A stretch of 16,228 nucleotides of DNA from NCBI RefSeq assembly GCF_006345805.1, contig NW_021825211.1:1-16228 (forward strand). The letters are read 5' to 3'. The translations under genes were made by a program, and so were the position numbers. Shown here piece by piece: positions 8,546 to 16,228 of the stretch; the stretch's first letter is position 1; each line of letters starts with the position of its first letter. The notes under the pieces were generated by a model. It saw nothing but the letters and a program-made list of their open reading frames with translations. It searched no databases and was not told the origin of the DNA. The stretch is from Octopus sinensis (Eukaryota).

Positions 8546-9195
8546 CTTTCTTTCGTTTATTTGTATATTTTTCCTTATCATTATCATCTCAAGGAATCAC
8601 GTCTAATTAACTCTCAAGATGGTAACCGACCCACCCTAATATCACCCAATTCCCCCTTCAGCCCCCTGCCAAATCTGTTTCACCCTACACCTGAAGTGCT
8701 TTATATTTTCTTGGACTTTTTTGCAGTTGCTCTCGTGATTGTTGTTGTTGGTGCTGTTGTTAAAGTATCCATTTTCTTTTGTTTTGTTATTCTTGTTTTC
8801 GCTTTGCCGTTGCATTTCATCATTATTTTCATATTTCGAGCGGGGGTATCTTTATGGGATATGTACGATTTATGTAAACGAAAATGTGTTTCTTTTTGTA
8901 TATGTTTTTTTGCGAATTTCAAATACATACATGCACGCACGCACATACACGCAAACACACACACACACAGCGAGTACTGGCCCAGACTGAAAACATATGA
9001 AGAAACTAATATTTATTAACGAATATGCATTATAGTTTTTTTGATAGCGACTGAGAAGTTAAGCATAAAATGGTACATTCGATCATATTGACGAAACTTC
9101 AAAGTCTCCGTGAAGAAAATTGTAATATCAAAGATGTGTGTGTGTGTGTATGTGTCATGGTGTGTGTGTCTGTGTGTGTGTGCGTATACACATGC

Positions 9196-9273
9196 TGGTG
9201 TCTTCTACTTTAGCATCAGGTTAGCCAAAGCCTTGCCAGTGGATTTTGTAGACAGAAACTGAAAGAAACCCGT
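9196..9273 (+). mobile_element. Degenerate SINE family A central fragment
   Basis: gtgtcttctactttagc...ccaaagccttgccagtggattttgtagacagaaactgaaagaaacccg matches 12789-12859. Confidence 0.8.
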
Positions 9274-9390
9274 TGCAATGGACGCAGGTTCGTGTGTCAT
9301 ATAGCTAGCTAGAGGCGGTGGCCTCTTGGAGCTAATCAGCGACAGCTTTAGTCTTATATTTAGACTGCCATATTAGTATGGCGATAACTA

Positions 9391-9391
<1 letters not shown>

Positions 9392-9453
<62 letters not shown>

Positions 9454-9470
9454 GTATATGTATATGTGTA
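9392..9470. repeat. (AT)n / (ATATGT)n microsatellite
   Basis: Read directly. Confidence 0.96.
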
Positions 9471-9887
9471 AGTATGGGTGAATGATAGTGGTGGTGGTGT
9501 GTTTGCGTGTAAGATGTTTGCATGCGCGTGTGTATCGTGATTTTGTGTGTTCGTGTATATAATTATACGTATTATGCAGTATTGTTATTGCGTTTACAAA
9601 GTTTGGTTTCATCAACGTGTGCCAAGTAATCTTAGCTTTATGGTCATACCGTCCATTCAAAGTGAGATTTTCTGAAATATTCTGTCAGAATACGCTACTT
9701 TTAATGGTTTACCAACCGCTGAGTCTGAGGAATTTCTAAATATATACAATTAAGTAATACGGAATTGGTTAAACTCCTTGTAAACAAATATTCTATGATT
9801 CGTTTCAGGAACGTTTTACATATTGGCACCAGCGTCAACAGTATACGTTGCATGGAAGCCTGTACCGAACGAAGTATCTCATTCTTA

Positions 9888-10045
9888 CACATGTATGCAT
9901 GTATGTATGTGTATGTATGTGTGTATGTATGTGTGCATGTATGTATGCATGTATGTATATATGTTTGGATGGATGAATGAATGTTCGGAGGAAGGTATGA
10001 ATGTGTATGTGTGTGTGTGTGAGTGTAAGTGTGTGTATACATATA
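9888..10045. repeat. (TATG)/(TG)/(GAAT) mixed microsatellite
   Basis: Read directly. Confidence 0.92.
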
Positions 10046-10061
10046 TGTATTCTATTATTGT

Positions 10062-10120
10062 TTTATTCCTTTATTCTTTTACAGCTTTCAGCCAAAGGCT
10101 GGGCCCATGCTGGAGCACCG
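10062..10120 (-). mobile_element. Variant 3' tail related to SINE family A
   Basis: ccatgctggagcaccg is shared with the family A tail. The terminal repeat reads aaaagaataaaggaataaaa on the minus strand. Confidence 0.6.
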
Positions 10121-10260
10121 TCTTTCAGCACTTTTCGGGTCACCTGTACTGTTTTTGTTGAAGAAGCGAATTGGACGGAGCTGCCCTTCTTTAAGCTTCC
10201 TGTCGCGATGTGCTTTCATCTAGAATATCAGATAGGAATTTGTCCATATACATGTACACA

Positions 10261-10299
<39 letters not shown>

Positions 10300-10577
10300 C
10301 TCCTTCGGTCACGACTGACCATGGGATTGCACCTAGAAATTTATCTTTCCAGGCACAAGTCCGGGCAAGGTTGTCTATGGAAGGTCAGCAGTCGCCCATG
10401 CATACCGGCCGCCCCTCTCAACGACACCGATGTTATCCAAGGAAAAGGCAAAGGGGCCGATACAGCTTGGCACCTGTGACGTCGCAACACATTTCTAGAG
10501 CAACGTGAAATATAGTTTCTTGCTCAAGAACTCCCAACCTCGCGATCGTAAGCTCGACGCTCTAACCACTGAGCCAT
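10300..10577 (-). mobile_element. tRNA-derived SINE family C with a broken B box
   Basis: The minus strand begins atggctcagtggttagagcgtcgagcttacgatcgcgaggttgggagttc, a clear tRNA-like 5' half with an A box. It then runs straight into ttgagcaagaaact, which resembles the family A core motif, so the B box is incomplete. Confidence 0.75.
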
Positions 10578-10579
10578 AT

Positions 10580-10948
10580 CTCTTTTCTCTTTTACTTGTT
10601 TCAGTCACTTAACTGCGGCCATGCTGGATCACCGCCTTTAGTCGAGCAAATCGACCCCAGTACTTGTTCTTTGTAAGCTTAATACTTATTCTATCGGTCT
10701 CTTTTTGCCGAACCGCTAAGTTACAGGGACGCAAACACACTAGCATCGGTTGTCAAGCGATGGTGGGGGGACAAACACACACACACACATATATACGACG
10801 TGCTTCTTTCAGTTTCCGTCTACCAAATCCCCTCACAAGGCTTTGGCCGGCCCGAGGCTATAGCAGAAGACACTTGCCCACGGTGCCACGCAGTGGGACT
10901 GAACCCGGGACCATGTGGTTGGTAAGCAACTACTTACCACACGGCCAC
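10580..10948 (-). mobile_element. SINE family A, near full length (first ~10 nt missing)
   Basis: Colinear reverse complement of 12714-13138. Its tail abuts the head of the family C copy. Confidence 0.93.
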
Positions 10949-11004
10949 ATATATGTATATATATGTAAATATATATATGTGTGTGTGTGTGTAATATATA
11001 TATG

Positions 11005-11035
<31 letters not shown>

Positions 11036-11150
11036 TATATATATTATATATATATATATATATATATTATATATCATATATATATATATATGTATATGTA
11101 TATATGTATATGCACAAGTAGAGAGAAGGAGAGAGAGAGGAGGTGGAGAG
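10949..11150. repeat. (AT)n followed by (GA)-rich repeat
   Basis: Read directly. Confidence 0.95.
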
Positions 11151-11677
11151 GGTTATATATGAGACGCAGCTGAATTTGATCTTAATTTTTTTGTTATTCA
11201 TTTTTCCTCTCATTTTTACTTATTAGTTCTTCATAATTAGTTTATAACCGAAATACTCCTAAGTCCATTACGGTGTCTCTAAACGACGCTTAGTTTTTCT
11301 AGCCGGCTGACCATGCTTCCACAACAAGGAACCATTGAAGCAGTTTACAGTATAGTTCTATCTAGTGTTACAATACTAGAGAGAAAAGTATTTCACTCTA
11401 GGCTACCATACTTAGTGAGCCGAAGAATGAGTTTTAATCAATTGAAATAATATAATATAATCGTAACGAGAAGATAACTCATTGACTTTAATGAAATTTA
11501 TACTCTTATTGCAAGCGTAATTTCAATTACCCGATTCGTCGCGAAATGAAAGTGTATATATGTTGTGGAGAGGGATGTGAGTGCGATCTTCCGTAGTTTT
11601 CGCATACGTTTCGGCTTTATTAGATCTCGTTATTTATATATTTATTTATCTTTAACATAAATGTAAGTGGTCAATAT

Positions 11678-11701
11678 CACCACCACCACCACGTACACCA
11701 T

Positions 11702-11734
<33 letters not shown>

Positions 11735-11761
11735 TAACTACTACTACTTCTACTACTACTT
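11678..11761. repeat. (CAC)n(CTA)n compound microsatellite
   Basis: Read directly. Confidence 0.95.
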
Positions 11762-11870
11762 AGGTTGACCATTCTGTTTCGTTTGAGATATATATAGAAA
11801 TGTGTATAAATGCATTTTCTTCTCTTAAAATTGCAATTATTTCCGGTAGAAGCAGCAGCCGCTGTTGCCG

Positions 11871-11938
11871 CGGTGGTGGTGGTGGTGGTGGTCGTCGTCG
11901 TCGTCATCGTAGTAGTAGTAGTGCTGGTGGTGGTGGTG

Positions 11939-12009
<71 letters not shown>

Positions 12010-12028
12010 GGTGGGTGTGGTGGTGGTG

Positions 12029-12069
<41 letters not shown>

Positions 12070-12071
12070 TG
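11871..12071. repeat. (GTG/GTC/GTA)n compound microsatellite
   Basis: Read directly; source of the poly-V/G/S/Y/H/T ORFs. Confidence 0.96.
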
Positions 12072-12636
12072 TGAACTTGCATAAAAACCAGAGATGGGTT
12101 TCGGTTCGGTTCGGTTCGGCCAGTATTGACCAAGGACATGTATATCTTAAAATGATAGCCGCCCAACCTATTATTATTTACTTTCAAATCCGTTTACTCT
12201 TATCAGATTGATCTTTATATTCTTGTTGCTCTGTCTGCCAAACTTGAATATTGGAATCAATGCTTGTACGTCTGAAGTTTCTCTTAATTGACCTGCATAT
12301 TTCCTTATGAGTAAGAAAGTGTGGTGTACATGCGTGGATGTGTGATTGTGTGTGTGTGTGTCTGTGCTTCTCATGCAGTAGATTTTACCTACTGTGTCTA
12401 CTTTCACTTTCGTTTTGTTGCTATTTCTCATGACCTTTCATAGTGAACCCACGCATGTAACGTTGATAAAACTGCATCTTAAAGACTAAGCTGCCCCATC
12501 TTCATGACCACTAAATATTCGAGTTTTGAATTAACTGGTTTCTGATGCTTTAAGAGTCTCTGATAACACATAAAATGTAACACTACCCTGTTGTCCTGAA
12601 CAGTCTTGTTACTGCTAAATACATAAACATCTTAGT

Positions 12637-12861
12637 CCGCGGGTTCTCAGCCGGGATCAATATGGACCTTGGGGGTCCATATAAATTTTCTGGGCATTTT
12701 ATAGGCGTAGGAGTGGCTGTGTGGTAAGTAGCCTGCTTACCAACCACATGGTTCCGGATTCAGTCCCACTGCGTGGCACCTTGGACAAGTGTCTTCTACT
12801 ATAGCCCCGACCAAAGACTTGTGAGTGGATTTGGTAGACGGAAACTGAAAGAAGCCCGTCG

Positions 12862-12943
<82 letters not shown>

Positions 12944-13352
12944 TCTCTCCAACATCGATTGACAACCCATGCTAGTGTGTTTACGGCCCCGTAACTTAGC
13001 GGTTCGGTAAAAAAGAATCGATAGAATAAGTTCTGGGCTTACAAAGAATAAGTCCTGGGGTCGATTTGCTCGACTAAAGGCGGTGATCCAGCATGGCCAC
13101 AGTCAAATGACTGAAACAAGTAAAAGAGTAAAAGAGTATCCATGGATGCAGTATACTAAATTGGGGTCCACCGTAATTCTTCAGGGGCCATGATAAAAAT
13201 TGTGCTTCATACCAGTAAATTTTACGTGCAATAAATTTGTTATACGTTCACGATACACAAAATATTTTAACAATTTTTATACAAATACTAATAATATTTA
13301 ATTTTAAAAATACAAGAAGTTTTGGGGTTACTGGTAAAATGATGGTTCAACA
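12637..13352. mobile_element. Degenerate hAT-type MITE interrupted by a SINE
   Basis: The left end ccgcgggttctcag resembles a CAGTGGTTCTCAA-type TIR, and ggggtcc motifs recur. It shares the 16-mer caaaatattttaacaa (13258-13273) with the MITE at 13955-14206 (14049-14064). The right TIR and TSD are not resolved. Confidence 0.6.
12704..13138 (+). mobile_element. SINE family A, full length, best-preserved copy
   Basis: Head ggcgtaggagtggctgtgtggtaag with hairpin ggtaag/cttacc, B-box-like ggattcagtcc, CORE-like ggcaccttggacaagtgtctt, internal (TA)n(TG)n (~12862-12940), and tail ending aagtaaaagagtaaaagagta. Confidence 0.95.
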
Positions 13353-13544
13353 AAGATCATTTACTGAACAATAAAAGTATAACTGGAAACTACCACAGGA
13401 AAAACAAGTGTCTGAGCATAGGAGCGATCGACTACCGGAAGACTTTTGATAGTATTCTCCACGCATGGATTCTGGAAACACTTAGTATAAATATAGTAGC
13501 ACTAATAAGAAATAATAAAATAAAAAACAGTTTTGAGGTTACAG

Positions 13545-13788
13545 ACGGAAGTATGAAAAGTGAAGTTGACCTTAGATGGGTGTGAATGAATTTAGATAAG
13601 ACAAGGCCTTACAAATCAAATTAGATTCGGAATAATAGTAAGAAATTCATTTTATGGAAGTCTTAAGACATGAGGTCATTCGTTGCCATGACAACTATAT
13701 CTTAAATGTGGAGCTTTTATATACATTATATGAAACATATATTATAAATATATTTATATCATACACATACATACCTATATATACATAC
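13545..13788 (+). repeat. Copy 1 of a ~245-bp local direct duplication
   Basis: About 7 substitutions in the first ~190 bp versus 14497-14738; offset 952 bp. Confidence 0.95.
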
Positions 13789-13823
13789 TTCGCCACAACT
13801 TTCTATCATTCTTTCTTCTGTTG

Positions 13824-13927
13824 GCCCGCTCGCCTAGCCAGCTGGGGGTGGACGTCAATTGAAGGCTAAAACAATGCGAAGCGCATTGTGACGAGCGATG
13901 TGTAGCAACATCTGATATCACGGTGAT
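13824..13927 (+). mobile_element. Probable retroelement 3'-end fragment with a stem-loop
   Basis: GC-richer block with a perfect 8-bp hairpin acaatgcg-aag-cgcattgt (13871-13889). It resembles a repeat tail I recall from octopus genomes; unverified. Confidence 0.45.
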
Positions 13928-13954
13928 ATAAAGACGACTACGTTCTTCCTACAC

Positions 13955-14206
13955 CTGTGTTTCTCAAGCAGCGTCCATATAGGGGATTCATATAAAATCT
14001 TTGTCAAAATTTATATGTAAGAAATTGGTTAATTACTTCTACAAATTACAAAATATTTTAACAAATTTTTAAATATAATCCCTAATAATATCTATTTCTA
14101 AAAATACGACAGAATTTTGTTTTTAACATTGGATGACAATGAGGGTCCAGTAGAATAAATTAGTAATCAAGGGGGTCCATAAGGGGAAAATGGTTAAGAA
14201 CCACAG
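13955..14206. mobile_element. hAT (Charlie-like) MITE, 252 bp, with TIRs and an 8-bp TSD
   Basis: TIRs ctgtgtttctcaa / ttaagaaccacag match at 11/13. Flanks tcctacac (13947-13954) and acctacac (14207-14214) match at 7/8. An 8-bp TSD is typical of the hAT superfamily. Confidence 0.85.
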
Positions 14207-14454
14207 ACCTACACGGCCCAATGTATCCTTTCACTTCTTTATAATACTACAGTATGAAATGTAGGCGACTTTGCTGCGGTTTCAAACAATTTGAGCGAGA
14301 AAGACGAGATAGACTCGTTATAGTGGTTTTAACCAAATTGTTGAGCAACGAGGTTTAGTATCGATTTTAAAGTTCGATCGTAAACTGTCAAAACAAAGTA
14401 ATGATTTCTAACATAGATACAACATCTCAGATACAGAGAATACGAAGAGACAAT

Positions 14455-14535
14455 TAAATCGATCCAGTAATCAGATGGTGCTTTATTTTATCGTTCACGG
14501 AAGGATGAAAAGTGAAGCTGACCTTAGATGGGTGT
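14455..14535 (-). mobile_element. Old degenerate SINE family B body fragment
   Basis: atcgatccagtaatcagatggtgctttattttatcg...gaaggatgaaaagtgaagctgacct aligns with the minus-strand body at 3245-3310 and 848-905. Confidence 0.65.
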
Positions 14536-14728
14536 GAATGAATTTAGATAAGACAAGGCCTTACAAATCACAGTAGACTCGGAATAATTGTAAGAAATTC
14601 ATTTTATGGAAGTCTTAAGACATGAGGTCATTCGTTGCCATGACAACTATGTCTTAAATGTGGAGCTTTTATATACATTATATGAAACATATATTATATA
14701 AATATATATATCATACACATACATACCT

Positions 14729-14738
<10 letters not shown>
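14497..14738 (+). repeat. Copy 2 (probable source) of the ~245-bp local duplication
   Basis: About 96% identical to 13545-13788, and continuous upstream with the SINE B fragment that copy 1 cuts through. Confidence 0.95.
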
Positions 14739-14775
<37 letters not shown>

Positions 14776-14970
14776 GTGTTGTGTGTGTGTGTGTGAGCGT
14801 GTGTGTATATATGTATGTATATATATATATAGATATACATATATAATTATATATATATGTATATTTATATGAATATATATATGTATATACACACAAAATA
14901 TTATACATACACATGCATCTACGTTATACATATACATATTGTACGTATGTATGTATATATACATGCATGC

Positions 14971-15001
<31 letters not shown>

Positions 15002-15031
15002 CTATATATATATATATTATATATACATATA
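14735..15031. repeat. (AT)/(TG)/(TACA) mixed microsatellite
   Basis: Read directly. Confidence 0.95.
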
Positions 15032-16188
15032 CAGGCATGGAAGAAGTAGATAGACACCTTTATAATAAATTAAATTTATTTAAATCTGAAATTATACATT
15101 CAAACTATTATTTGTTATAATGTGAATATTTCATATTTAGTAGACATGCCCTTTGCATTTCTCAATGCAAGGACCCTATTAGGCATGTTACTGATCAGAT
15201 GACGAATATTCTCTTGCGGAATTTCTTGCCAATTTTCATGCAAAATTTCAAAAGATCTGGCTATGAAGATGTCCTGTCGATTATGTCCCAGAGGTGTTCT
15301 GTAGGGTTCACATCTAGTGACTGGCTTAGCCATGGAAGCTTTTCCATGCCACTCTCATCCAATAAATCTTGGGTCATCTTCCTTAAATAGTCTTCTTTAA
15401 TCATTTCACCACTGGAGAAGATTGGAAACATATCTATCAGAGTTTATGTTTTCCTCCGACTCCACCAACTCTGATCAATCATTGCTCCAAATTGCTTCCC
15501 AGACAATCAAAGAATAGCTACCGTGCTTCATTATCGGTTGCAATCTTTTCACATAAAATTTTTGCTAACAGAGTCTCCAGGCCCACACTCGACTACTGTC
15601 AGGAAATACAGCAAATCTGGACTCATCAGAGAATATGACAGTGTCGTTAAATGCTATTGGCTTCTTCACACTCTCACTGGCCCAATCTTTTCTGTGCTTG
15701 ATTTTGACTGGTCGAAGAAGTAGCTTCCTTCTTGATGCTCTGCCATAGTAACCAATTTTGTGGAGAAACCTGACAGCTGTTCTGGGACTGACATCAACTT
15801 GTTCTGCTATCTCAGAGGCTTTGCAACGAGGATTATCCTCCACACTGCTCTTAACAAATAGAATGTTCCTGTTAGAGGACCCTGGTTGATCTGCGCGAGG
15901 TGATGTGGATTGTACATTGATGAAGTGTACAATCACTCTAACTGTAGAAAGCGGGATCGCTAGGTTTTCTGCGATTTTACGTTATGTCCACCTTCAGAAT
16001 GACCCACGATACGGCCTCTTTGAAATTCAGACAGTTCTAAGGTTTCTTTTCTACATGGCATCATAAACAGTCACGTATGGAACCTGAAACATAAAAATGT
16101 CGATTAACAGAAATTATAAACTTTACAAGTTAAAATAAACAGGAAACGATATTTTATGGAGTGTCTATTTAATTCTATCATGTGTGTG
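15032..16188 (-). mobile_element. Tc1/mariner-superfamily (Tc1-like) DNA transposon, roughly full length, inactive
   Basis: Imperfect TIRs caggcatggaagaagtagatagacac (15032-15057) and gtgtctatttaattctatcatgtgtgtg (16161-16188), matching at 18/22 in the core. TA flanks both sides (15030-15031, 16189-16190). There is an internal decayed transposase and a minus-strand AATAAA at 15075-15080. Confidence 0.92.
15131..16064 (-). pseudogene. Tc1-like transposase pseudogene (frameshifts, stops, internal deletion)
   Basis: Manual translation across frames gives MMPCRKETLELSEFQRGRIVG / KIAENLAIPLSTV (HTH), VIFSDESRF (first catalytic D), KHGSYSLIVWEAI, WLSQSLDVNPTEHLW (WPxxSPDLNPIE motif) and LISNMPNRVLALRNAKGMSTKY (typical Tc1 C-terminus). 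Confidence 0.93.
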
Positions 16189-16228
16189 TATTCCTTTATT
16201 CGTTTATTTGTTTCTATCATTGTTTGCG

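Noticed and set aside
8561-9019. 152-aa ORF with a hydrophobic stretch
   Set aside because: The hydrophobicity derives from T-rich and (GTT)n low-complexity DNA, and there is no family motif.
9280-9345. Hammerhead-like CTGATTA with a hairpin on the minus strand
   Set aside because: The core is mutated, GAAA does not follow stem II, and there is no stem I.
9822-9885. Minus-strand peptide DTSFGTGFHATY, resembling a CUB-domain C-terminus
   Set aside because: It is bounded by stops, has no acceptor context, and its spacing is one residue short. It is probably coincidental.
11810-12211. 133-aa poly-Val ORF with GTG/GTC/GTA synonymous variation
   Set aside because: These are slippage variants of related trinucleotide repeats, and every frame gives a homopolymer peptide.
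12704-12780. SINE heads as genuine tRNA genes
   Set aside because: A/B-box-like motifs are present, but there is no full cloverleaf or acceptor stem, and each head continues into SINE body sequence.
1-16228. CRISPR arrays, operons or prokaryotic defence systems
   Set aside because: There are no regular repeat-spacer arrays and no gene-dense coding sequence. All signals indicate animal non-coding DNA.

Overview
No intact protein-coding gene is supported in this window. It is AT-rich, microsatellite-saturated, non-coding animal DNA (intronic or intergenic). The repeat families resemble those I recall from coleoid cephalopod (Octopus-like) genomes; that assignment is from memory, not a database search. 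Nearly all listed ORFs are translations of simple repeats. The window holds: (i) many copies of at least three tRNA-derived SINE families; (ii) two hAT-type MITEs, one with TIRs and an 8-bp TSD, the other interrupted by a SINE; (iii) a roughly full-length but dead Tc1/mariner transposon (15032-16188, minus strand) with TIRs and a decayed transposase; (iv) a ~500-bp element embedded in (TAA)n; (v) many di-, tri- and tetranucleotide arrays. The most notable structure outside routine repeat annotation is a near-canonical minimal type I hammerhead ribozyme (4822-4874, minus strand) of the Penelope/retrozyme kind. It lies inside a ~1.45-kb segment bounded by ~125-bp inverted arms. There is also a ~245-bp non-tandem local duplication (13545-13788 / 14497-14738). 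I found no evidence for a wholly new multi-gene system.
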